Shown in pieces: positions 11,859 through 21,855 of a DNA stretch of 64,000 nucleotides. Each line of letters starts with the position of its first letter. Within the stretch, counting starts at the first letter, position 1. A program made the position numbers and the translations under genes. Source of the stretch: Macrostomum lignano (taxonomy: Eukaryota); contig NIVC01003500.1 of assembly GCA_002269645.1 (NCBI GenBank), forward strand, positions 30,703 through 94,702, read 5' to 3'. The notes beneath the pieces are model-generated. The model was given only the letters and a program-made list of their open reading frames with translations, ran no database searches and had not been told where the DNA came from.

Positions 11859-12365
11859 CAGGTGAGAATTGCCCTAGCAACCCAGGTGAGAATTGCCGTA
11901 ACAGCCCAGGTGAGAGTTGCTCTAACAGCCCAGGTGAGAATCGCCCTAGCAACCCAGGTGAGAATTGCCGTAACAGCCCAGGTGAGAATCGCCCTAACAG
12001 CCCAGGTGAGAATCGCCCTAACAGCCCAGGTGAGAATCGCCCTAACAGCCCAGGTAAGAATCGCCCTAACAGCCCAGGTGAGAATCGCCCTAACAGCCCA
12101 GGTGAGAATCGCCCTAACAGCCCAGGTGAGAGTTGCTCTAACAGCCCAGGTGAGAATCGCCCTAGCAACCCAGGTGAGAATTGCCGTAACAGCCCAGGTA
12201 AGAATCGCCCTAACAGCCCAGGTGAGAATCGCCCTAACAGCCCAGGTGAGAATCGCGCTAACAACCCAGGTGAGAATCGCCCTAACAACCCAGGTGAGAA
12301 TCGCCCTAACAACCCAGGTGAGAATCGCCCTAACAACCCAGGTGAGAATCGCCCTAACAACTAAG
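11859..12365. repeat. 24-bp minisatellite downstream of SPATA20, each unit containing CAG|GTGAG
   Basis: CCCAGGTGAGAATCGCCCTAACAG, 21 copies. Confidence 0.95.
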
Positions 12366-13129
12366 CAAAAATTTGCCCTCTCGCAAAAAATCACATTTTC
12401 AAGCATCGCCCCATTAAGTAGTTTAGGGCGTCCATGATCTTTTTTAATGGTTTTGATTTCATTTTTATAATCCAATTGAAATTTTTTTCATTTTTTATTT
12501 AACCCCTTCCCACGTCATTATAATCATATTTATTCATTTTTTGTTGTTTTCTCTCTTTTTTTAGTTTAATGCATCGTGTTTCCATCTTTCTGTGACTGTA
12601 TATAGAAACTAAGACCGATAAAAATTCATAATTACATTGAGCTCTGCCACTCGGATCATCTTCTCAAGTTAAATTACTTTCGCGTTCATTTTCTCAACTT
12701 CTTTAAAATATGTTTTGCGTTTCGGTGACTTATGTACAATTTATTTAACAGCTACTTTAAGTAGGCAGGCACTGTAGTCAGTACTTAACTGCAATAGTAG
12801 TGGCTCTGGTTTATCAGTGATTAGAACAAGTTAGTGAACCCTAAATGAATTTCTATCAGCACTAGTGAATTATTCTTAAGGAGTGATTAGTGAAGTGAGT
12901 GATTACGTAACTTTTCTGTAAAAAAATATTGCATAGTTTAGACACAATTGGCCACAAAGCAAAACAGCTGTTGAAAAAGTTAGTGAACCCATTTGAAATT
13001 CCAGCAACTAATGCTCTGTACTCGTAATTCCATCCATAGCAGCAATAACAGCCTGCAATACATTTTTGTGACTGTTAATCAATTTACAGCACTGCTCTCC
13101 AGGAATCTTTCCCATTCTACAGTGCAAAA

Positions 13130-14128
13130 CCTCTCCAACTCATTCAGAATCTCTCCAACTCATCCAGAACCTCTCCAACTCATTCAGAATCTCTCCAACT
13201 CACCCAGAACCTCTCCAACTCATTCAGAACCTCTCCAACTCACCCAGAATCTCTCCAACTCATTCAGAATCTCTCCAACTCACCCAGAATCTCTCCAGCT
13301 CATTCAGAATCTCTCCAACTCACCCAGAACCTCTCCAACTCATTCAGAACCTCTCCAACTCACCCAGAACCTCTCCAACTCATCCAGAACCTCTCCAACT
13401 CACCCAGAACCTCTCCAACTCATTCAGAACCTCTCCAACTCATCCATGACCTCTCCAACTCACCCAGAACCTCTCCAACTCATCCATGACCTCTCCAACT
13501 CATTCAGAACCTCTCCAACTCACCCAGAACCTCTCCAACTCACCCAGAACCTCTCCAACTCATTCAGAACCTCTCCAACTCATTCAGAACCTCTCCAACT
13601 CACCCAGAACCTCTCCAACTCATTCAGAATCTCTCCAACTCATCCATGACCTCTCCAACTCATTCAGAATCTCTCCAACTCACCCAGAATCTCTCCAACT
13701 CATTCAGAATCTCTCCAACTCATCCAGAACCTCTCCAACTCATTCAGAACCTCTCCAACTCATTCATGACCTCTCCAACTCATTCAGAACCTCTCCAACT
13801 CATTCAGAACCTCTCCAACTCATTCAGAACCTCTCCAACTCACCCAGAACCTCTCCAACTCATTCAGAATCTCTCCAACTCACCCAGAACCTCTCCAACT
13901 CATTCAGAACCTCTCCAACTCATTCAGAATCTCTCCAACTCATTCAGAACCTCTCCAACTCATTCAGAACCTCTCCAACTCATTCAGAACCTCTCCAACT
14001 CACCCAGAACCTCTCCAACTCATTCAGAACCTCTCCAACTCATTCAGAACCTCTCCAACTCATTCAGAACCTCTCCAACTCATTCAGAACCTCTCCAACT
14101 CACCCAGAACCTCTCCAACTCATTCAGT
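13130..14128. repeat. 20-bp minisatellite
   Basis: CTCTCCAACTCATTCAGAAC/T, about 50 copies, with CACC/CATT/CATCCATGAC variants. Confidence 0.95.
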
Positions 14129-14299
14129 TCTAACACATGACCGAGTTCATAATTTCATGAAGTTGGACATTATTTCCAGTTCCACTTGCAGCACTTACAG
14201 CCCTACAGCATGATTCTGCTACCTCTATACTTTGCAGTAGGCAATGCATTATTTTGTTTTAATGCCAGCCGTCTCTGCGAAATGTACCCACCCAAACAA

Positions 14300-14640
14300 C
14301 TCTAAATTTTTGTCTCTTGTGAGCAACTCGTCTGTGAAGTCCTTGACGGTTCAAAGACTCCTGCACCGTTGACTTGTGCACCTCTATTCCGCATTGATCA
14401 GCTGATGCTGCAATTGACTTGCAGTCACGGTTGGATCACTGTCGACAGGCTGAGCTCTCCTTGCTGTGCGCTCAGAAACTTTGGCAGGTCGTCCGTCCAC
14501 TTCCGAGGCAGTGGAGTCACAGTGTTGCGCTTCTGCCATTTGTGAATGACAGCTCTAGCAGTGGAAGCACTGAGCCGAAGTTGGTTGGCAATTCTTCTTG
14601 TATCCGAGGCCAGTGTTGTGAGATGATACAACAAGTGCAG
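14300..14640 (-). pseudogene. Degenerate Tc1-like transposase fragment (N-terminal paired-like DNA-binding region)
   Basis: Across frameshifts the minus strand reads RRIANQLRLSASTARAVIHKWQKRNTVTPLPR / GRPAKVSERTARR..DPTVTASQLQHQL / GIEVHKSTVQESLNRQGLHRRVAHK. This follows the Tc1 consensus pattern (HTH, GRP(R)K AT-hook, second HTH). No DDE domain or TIRs seen. Confidence 0.75.
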
Positions 14641-14944
14641 CAAGCCTCTGAGGCTTACAGCTTTGGGCAAATGCATTTAAATTGCAGTTGGTGCAACAGT
14701 TTTCGCGTGAAAGGTTTCGAAAAAGCATCATGCATTGTGGTTTGACCAATCCAAACTTTGCGGTTCACTATCTTTTTCGAAATTGGTTTTTCGTTTCGGT
14801 TAGTTTGCGCTCAAACTACGCAATAGTTTTTGCTGAACATGAGCAGAACTAGTTGCTAAAACTTTTGTTTCTTTGAATAAACGCCGGTAAAAATTCACTT
14901 GCGATTGTTGTGAAAGTTCAGTCAAGGTTCACTAACTTTTCTCG

Positions 14945-16375
14945 CAACTGTGAGCTGCAGTCAGGGTGTCTCTGGTTTATCAGTGAGCTGCAGTCAGGGT
15001 GTCTCTGGTTTATCAGTGAGCTGCAGTCAGGGTGTCTCTGGTTTATCAGTGAGCTGCAGTCAGGGTGTCTCTGGTTTATCAGTGAGCTGCAGTCAGGGTG
15101 TCTCTGGTTTATCAGTGAGCTGCAGTCAGGGTGTCTCTGGTTTATCAGTGAGCTGCAGTCTGAGTGTCTCTGGTTTATCAGTGAGCTGCAGTCAGGGTGT
15201 CTCTGGTTTATCAGTGAGCTGCAGTCAGGGTGTCTCTGGTTTATCAGTGAGCTGCAGTCTGAGTGTCTCTGGTTTATCAGTGAGCTGCAGTCAGGGTGTC
15301 TCTGGTTTATCAGTGAGCTGCAGTCAGGGTGTCTCTGGTTTATCAGTGAGCTGCAGTCAGGGTGTCTCTGGTTTATCAGTGAGCTGCAGTCTGAGTGTCT
15401 CTGGTTTATCAGTGAGCTGCAGTCAGGGTGTCTCTGGTTTATCAGTGAGCTGCAGTCTGAGTGTCTCTGGTTTATCAGTGAGCTGCAGTCTGAGTGTCTC
15501 TGGTTTATCAGTGAGCTGCAGTCAGGGTGTCTCTGGTTTATCAGTGAGCTGCAGTCTGAGTGTCTCTGGTTTATCAGTGAGCTGCAGTCAGGGTGTCTCT
15601 GGTTTATCAGTGAGCTGCAGTCTGAGTGTCTCTGGTTTATCAGTGAGCTGCAGTCAGGGTGTCTCTGGTTTATCAGTGAGCTGCAGTCAGGGTGTCTCTG
15701 GTTTATCAGTGAGCTGCAGTCTGAGTGTCTCTGGTTTATCAGTGAGCTGCAGTCAGGGTGTCTCTGGTTTATCAGTGAGCTGCAGTCAGGGTGTCTCTGG
15801 TTTATCGGTGAGCTGCAGTCAGGGTGTCTCTGGTTTATCAGTGAGCTGCAGTCAGGGTGTCTCTGGTTTATCGGTGAGCTGCAGTCAGGGTGTCTCTGGT
15901 TTATCAGTGAGCTGCAGTCTGAGTGTCTCTGGTTTATCAGTGAGCTGCAGTCTTAAGAGTCTCTGGTTTATCAGTGAGCTGCAGTCTTAAGAGTCTCTGG
16001 TTTATCAGTGAGCTGCAGTCTTAAGAGTCTCTGGTTTATCAGTGAGCTGCAGTCAGGGTGTCTCTGGTTTATCAGTGAGCTGCAGTCTTAAGAGTCTCTG
16101 GTTTATCAGTGAGCTGCAGTCTTAAGAGTCTCTGGTTTATCAGTGAGCTGCAGTCTTAAGAGTCTCTGGTTTATCAGTGAGCTGCAGTCTTAAGAGTCTC
16201 TGGTTTATCAGTGAGCTGCAGTCTTAAGAGTCTCTGGTTTATCAGTGAGCTGCAGTCTTAAGAGTCTCTGGTTTATCAGTGAGCTGCAGTCTTAAGAGTC
16301 TCTGGTTTATCAGTGAGCTGCAGTCAGGGTGTCTCTGGTTTATCAGTGAGCTGCAGTCTTAAGAGTCTCTGGTTT
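14945..16375. repeat. 33-bp minisatellite directly abutting the GatC reading frame
   Basis: CAGTGAGCTGCAGTCAGGGTGTCTCTGGTTTAT, about 43 copies. Variants CAGGGTG, CTGAGTG and, only after ~15950, CTTAAGAG. Confidence 0.96.
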
Positions 16376-16380
16376 ATCTC

Positions 16381-16953
16381 CTTCTGCTGCGTGCACTGCC
16401 ACGTGCACTGTTGTTGCTAGGGCCGCAGCGGCCCTGGCAACGGCTTCCCCGGCATCTCTGCAGCAGCTCGAGCAGCTCATGCGGCGCCGCTGACTCCCCG
16501 CCCGCCGGCCGCCGCTGCCGCCACCGTCTGGTGCCCGACGCTCCTACGTGGCGCAACGTTGCGGACTCCGAGCTTCCCCCGCCCACCGCCATCGACTCGG
16601 ACACGATCGCCCTGCTCGAGCGGCTGTCCCTCGTCCAGTTTGACACCGCGGACACTGTCCGAGTGGTGGCTGAGGCTGTCCGGTTCGCTGACGAGCTTCG
16701 CCTGGTGCACGCTGGTCCTGAGGTCGAACCGATGACCTCTCTGCCGGAGGCCTGGGGCTGGCGGTGCCCGTTGCGCGCGGACACCCCGGCGGAGCAGCCC
16801 AGAACGGCCGTGCTGAGCAACGCGGCCCAGACCGAGGAGCACTACTTTGTGGCTCCGCCAGGCAACATCGCCGCCAAGGACTCCGGCAGGGAGCGCCTGG
16901 ACCGGCTGGCCGAGGGCGCCAAGTCGAAGGCGTCCCGGTCGTCAAGAAGCTGA
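16381..16953 (+). CDS. GATC: Mitochondrial glutamyl-tRNA(Gln) amidotransferase subunit C; 5' end unresolved (no in-frame ATG)
   Basis: Arg/Leu/Ser-rich presequence-like N-terminus followed by IDSDTIALLERLSLVQF..VAEAVRFADELRLV...VEPM...LRAD....TAVLSNAAQTEEHYFVAPPGNI, the eukaryotic GatC pattern. In-frame TAA at 16360-16362 and no ATG before the conserved region. Confidence 0.85.
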   Translation, partial: LLLRALPRALLLLGPQRPWQRLPRHLCSSSSSSCGAADSPPAGRRCRHRLVPDAPTWRNVADSELPPPTAIDSDTIALLERLSLVQFDTADTVRVVAEAVRFADELRLVHAGPEVEPMTSLPEAWGWRCPLRADTPAEQPRTAVLSNAAQTEEHYFVAPPGNIAAKDSGRERLDRLAEGAKSKASRSSRS

Positions 16954-17457
16954 ACAGCTGGGATTAGAAAATCCAAACTCTTGTAGTTGCTATGCAAATG
17001 TTCCAATCTGACCAAAATACACCGCATGCCGTTTGTAATCATTGCCACTCTGCTACAGATCAGCCGATGATTGAAGAAACAAAAAAGGCCTCAAGCCGTG
17101 CTTTTCGTGTTTCACGTGAAAACTGCCTGTTCTCAAAGCCTGCTGGCGGGGGTCATTATGAGCTGAAGCCACGCTGCTGCTGGAGTTGTTGGATCATTCT
17201 GGAAAATTCCACCTTTTTTACCGGAGGTAATGATCTTAGGGCCGGTTTTTTATCCTTCAGTTGGCAGCGGGAGGGCACGCTCTTGGGGTGGAAAAGAGCA
17301 GCACTGCCGGGTCGGGATTCGAGCTGCGACCCCACCTGCTTTGCGTCATCATTAAAGATTTCCTGTTGCGCGTGCTGGCTGCCCCCGCTTCCCGTCCCCA
17401 TCCTGCAGCGCCTCTCGCTCGCTTCCTGCAATTAGATTTGCTAATTGTCGACTTTAG

Positions 17458-17540
17458 CGACAGGGCAAATACCCGCACGAGTACTTGCTGAACCAGCCCT
17501 CGCTCGCTGCGGTCAGCCGCGAATGGGGAGCCAGACTGGC

Positions 17541-17611
<71 letters not shown>

Positions 17612-18502
17612 TAGACAGACAGACAGACAGACAGAAAGACACTAACACAGACAGACTGACAGACAGACAGAAAGACGGAAAGACAGACAGACAGACAGAC
17701 AGCCTTGCTTCTATTCGTCACGATTCTGATTCCCACAGCCGCCAGTCCCCATCAGTGCCCACCGGCCCCTAGCCGGGATTCGAGTCCTGGACCTCACCCG
17801 GGTGCTTGCCGGGCCCTACTGCTCAATGATCCTGGGCGATATGGGCGCAGATGTTATCAAGGTGGAGCGGCCGGGCGGCGGGGACGAGACCCGGCAGTGG
17901 GGGCCGCCGTTCGCGGCCGAGGACTCCGTGTACTTCCTGAGTGTCAACCGCAACAAGCGCAGCGTCTGCCTGGACTTCGGCCAACCGGCCGGGGCCGACC
18001 TGGTCCGCCGGCTGTCCCGGCGCTGCGACGTCCTGCTGGAGAACTTCGTGCCCGGCAAGCTGGCGAAGCGCGGGCTGGACTTTGCCTCGCTGAGCGCCCA
18101 GAATCCCGGCCTCATCTACTGCAGCATCTCCGGCTTCGGCCAGTCCGGGCCGTGGCGCCGGCGGGCCGGCTACGACGTCGCCGCGGCTGCCATCGGCGGC
18201 TTCCTCGGCATCACCGGCGAGCCCGACGGTCCGCCCGTCCGGGCCGGGGTGGCCGTCACGGACCTGTCCACCGGCCTGTATGCCCTGTCCGCCATCCTGG
18301 CCGCCCTGTACCGGCGGCGGACGGCCGAGAGTCTGGGGGAGGTCGGCCGGGGCTGCTGGATCGACGCCAACCTGCTGGACACCCAGGTGGCCACAATGTC
18401 GCATGTGGCTGCCAGCTTCCTGCACACCGGTTAGGGGCTCAGAGTCTGTCTGTCTGTCTGTCCGTCTGTCTGCCTGTCTGTCTGTCTGTCTGTCTGTCGG
18501 CC

Positions 18503-18542
<40 letters not shown>

Positions 18543-18629
18543 AGCCTGTCAGTCAGCCTGTCTTAGTGTCTGTCTGTCTGCCCTGCCCTGTCTGTCTGTC
18601 TGTCTTGTCTGTCTGTCTGTCTGTCTTAG

Positions 18630-18664
<35 letters not shown>

Positions 18665-19342
18665 GTCTGTCTGTCAGCCTGTCTGTCTGTCTGTCTTAGT
18701 GTCTGTCTGTCTGCCTGTCTGCCTGTCTGTCTGTCTGTCTTAGTGTCTGTCTGTCTGCCTGTCTGTCCATCACAGAACCCACTGACCCTCGCAGGCCAGG
18801 AGCCGAGCCGCTGGGGCACAGGGCACGCCAACCTCGCGCCCTACCAGGCCTTCGATACCAGCGACCGCCGCCAACTCATCCTGGGCGCCGGCAACGACCG
18901 CCAATTCGGCGTCCTCTGCCGCCGGCTCGGCGCTCCCCACCTAGCAACGGATCCTCGCTTCCTTAGCAACCGGCTGCGGGTTGCTAACCGGACGAGCCTG
19001 ATCCCGCTGATTCAGGCCCTGGTGCGCGCCCGGCCGCTGGCGGATTGGCTGGCGACGCTGGAGGGCTCCGACCTGCCGTACGGCCCGGTGAACACTGTGG
19101 CGGAGGCCCTGGCCAGCCCGCCGGTGGCAGATCCGGCCAGTGGCCTGCTGGTCACCTGCGAACACCCGGCGGCCGGCCGGGTCACCGCTCCGGGTCCCGC
19201 TGTCCGTTTTGACGGCCGGCGCGGTGAAGTGACGCGGCCGCCGCCCAGGCTGGGTGAGCACACTGACGAGGTGCTCGGCGAGCTGCTGGACTGCGGCTGC
19301 GAGGAGCTGCTGGAGCTGCGGCGGGGGAAAGTGATCGCCTGA
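17458..19342 (+). CDS. SUGCT: CoA-transferase family III (CaiB/BaiF), succinyl-CoA:glutarate CoA-transferase-like; first exon uncertain
   Basis: Firm exons 17739-18429 and 18795-19342 (phase 1 intron). Motifs PLAGIRVLDLTRVLAGPYCSMILGDMGADVIKVERPG.GDETR.WGPPF, NRNKRSV, DVLLENF, LIYCSISGFGQSGP, GYD..A, G|QEPSRWGTGHANLAPYQAF, PPRLGEHT. Candidate upstream exon 17458-17511 (TTTAG acceptor, G|GTCAGC donor, phase 0) has no ATG. Confidence 0.9.
17538..17702. repeat. (GACA)n microsatellite upstream of SUGCT exon 17739-18429
   Basis: Direct reading of CAGACAGACAGA... Confidence 0.95.
18443..18768. repeat. (TCTG)n microsatellite in the SUGCT intron
   Basis: Direct reading of TCTGTCTGTCTG...; reverse complement of the upstream (GACA)n tract. 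Confidence 0.95.
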
Positions 19343-19577
19343 CTGCAGACTTCATTTGAGCTCTCCGATTTGCACTTTAACCTTTAATTTTCTAGTTCTG
19401 CTGCGGCAGAAGTCAAATAGCGATGGTAATAAAATTATCTAGGATAAGATGTTTCATTCTAAACATATTTAATGCCTACAGAATACGTTTTTACGCTTTT
19501 ATGTTTCAATAATAGTATACTTTTTCGCTCATTTTGATCGACAAAAGCAATATAGTTATACAGTAGTCCTATGTTTA

Positions 19578-20292
19578 AGATTGGCTAGATTAGCAATCCA
19601 TTCTATTCCAATTAATTACTATAGTGTTGGCTAGATTAGCAATCCATTCTATTCCAATTCATTACTATAGTGTTGGCTAGATTAGCAATCCATTCTATTC
19701 CAATTCATTACTATAGTGTTGGCTAGATTAGCAATCCATTCTATTCCAATTCATTATTATAGTGTTGGCTAGATTAGCAATCCATTCTATTCCAATTAAT
19801 TACTATAGTGTTGGCTAGATTAGCAATCCATTCTATTCCAATTCATTACTATAGTGTTGGCTAGATTAGCAATCCATTCTATTCCAGTTCATTACTATAG
19901 TGTTGGCTAGATTAGCAATCCATTCTATTCCAATGCATTACTATAGTGTTGGCTAGATTAGCAATCCATTATATTCCAATTCATTACTATAGTGTTGGCT
20001 AGATTAGCAATCCATTCTATTCCAATTCATTACTATAGTGTTGGCTAGATTAGCAATCCATTCTATTCCAATTCATTACTATAGTGTTGGCTAGATTAGC
20101 AATCCATTCTATTCCAATGCATTACTATAGTGTTGGCTAGATTAGCAATCCATTCTATTCCAATGCATTACTATAGTGTTGGCTAGATTAGCAATCCATT
20201 CTATTCCAATTCATTACTATAGTGTTGGCTAGATTAGCAATCCATTCTATTCCAATTCATTGCTATATTGTTGGCTAGATTAGCAATCCATC
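19578..20292. repeat. 46-bp minisatellite
   Basis: TTGGCTAGATTAGCAATCCATTCTATTCCAATTCATTACTATAGTG, about 15-16 copies. Confidence 0.95.
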
Positions 20293-21369
20293 ACAGCTTG
20301 CATTAATCTGTAGTCAGACCAGTGCAACTCGTGACCTTAGCTTTATCGGTCTCTGCAAAGCGAGTTTTTTATTGGAGTCCCTCACGAAATTCTGTGGCGA
20401 TCACTTTGCGGATGAAGTTCGTCTGGGCCGGCGCACGCAGCCTCTGCGCTGCATCTTCTTAACCGCTTTTATCCCGCCGCAGTTGCCGCCACTGCGCCAG
20501 CGGCCGATTCTTTGCGACAGACTTTTTCCACTTTCCCTTCTGCGGCCAGCCTGGCCCGTGACTGCCGGCCATCAATCCGCTGCCTCACAGGGGGCCGGAG
20601 CGGAAACCGCGGATCCGGGATGCGGGGCTGCCAGCGGAGGGCTGCGTCTGTTTATTTCTTCTGATTTTCTTCGCTGCTCTCGGGATTTTTTATGCGCCGC
20701 GCAAGTTCCTAGCGGCTGCAGGCTGGCTCGAGAAATAATCTGCTATAATTATTGTACTCATACTTTTGAGCAGAGCTCGCTTGAGCGAGGTCACTCAGGT
20801 TGCTACAGTGGTTGACAAAATTATCACCGCTTTAATGAGTTCAATGGGGACGGAAATCTGGTCTGCTTAAACCCCATCCCTCGGGGCACAGGGTTATCAA
20901 TGTACAGTGAGTCCGTGCTCATGCATACCCGAGTGCTCAGAGTCGACCCGCAGCTTGACAAGCTGGTTGAGGCCGGGATTTCCAATCAGAACTTTGATTG
21001 ACGCGTTGAAATATCTGGTGGTGTACTTGTTGCCGGGCGGACTTATTGCGATTGTGAAGCAAAATGAACTACATTTATTGCTCACAAGTGGAACTGCTGG
21101 CTTTATGACATGTTTATGCAAGAAGGTATTAAGCTAAGTGCAACATGCTGCCTCTATACTTTGCTTTTATTGCTTTCATTCTCGTCTGTTTCCTCCGTTT
21201 TTTGCTTTGGAACCCAGCGAGACTTTGCGATGTCTGGCGTCACTAGGGTCTTCTGGTTCTCTGAGAATTATTGATTCTGGTAGAATTTATAGAAACTATT
21301 CATAACATTCATTTGATCCTTAAAACTCGTTTGGTGCTCTGGTTTCACCCATTCTCCGCCTCTACTGTC

Positions 21370-21855
21370 TTTATCTCTCACACTCTACTCTCCCTTATCT
21401 CACTCCCTCTACTATTCCTTATGTCACTCCCTCTGCTCTCCCTTATGTCACTCCCTCTGCTCTCCCTTATGTCACTCCCTCTCCTCTCCCTTCCCTTATG
21501 TCACTCCCTCTGCTCTCCCTTATGTCACTCCCTCTGCTCTCCCTTATGTCACTCCCTCTGCTCTCCCTTATGTCACTCCCTCTGCTCTCCCTTATGTCAC
21601 TCCCTCTGCTCTCCCTTATGCCACTCCCTCTGCTCTCCCTTATGTCACTCCCTCTGCTCTCCCTTATGTCACTCCCTCTGCTCTCCCTTATGTCACTCCC
21701 TCTCCTCTCCCTTCCCTTATGTCACTCCCTCTGCTCTCCCTTATGTCACTCCCTCTGCTCTCCCTTATGTCACTCCCTCTGCTCTCCCTTATGCCACTCC
21801 CTCTAATATTCCTTATCTCACTCCCTCTATTATTCCTTATCTCACCCCCTCTACT
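21370..21855. repeat. 24-bp pyrimidine-rich minisatellite
   Basis: TATGTCACTCCCTCTGCTCTCCCT, about 19 copies, degenerate at both ends. Confidence 0.93.

Noticed and set aside
11749-14140. Repetitive ORFs (GRFSPGLL, VRIALTAQ, SPTHSEPLQL)
   Set aside because: 24-bp and 20-bp tandem repeats open in multiple frames and on both strands; no coding signature.
14910-15990. 348-aa and 346-aa ORFs
   Set aside because: A 33-bp unit read in stop-free frames; several frames are open and there is no synonymous-site bias or signal peptide.
17705-19342. 545-aa continuous SUGCT ORF from the track
   Set aside because: Its first part is out of frame with the conserved CoA-transferase motifs and reads through a (TCTG)n intron. 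The true gene is spliced (17739-18429, 18795-19342).
16381-19342. Bacterial contamination or HGT origin for GatC and the CaiB/BaiF gene
   Set aside because: Both match eukaryotic mitochondrial-type proteins. SUGCT has spliceosomal introns, and both genes sit among intron-containing metazoan genes.
20372-21137. GC-richer island with short ORFs (147, 76, 74 aa)
   Set aside because: No recognisable domain or consistent splice chain, and the minus-strand frames contain stops. It may be regulatory or non-coding, but I cannot support a call.
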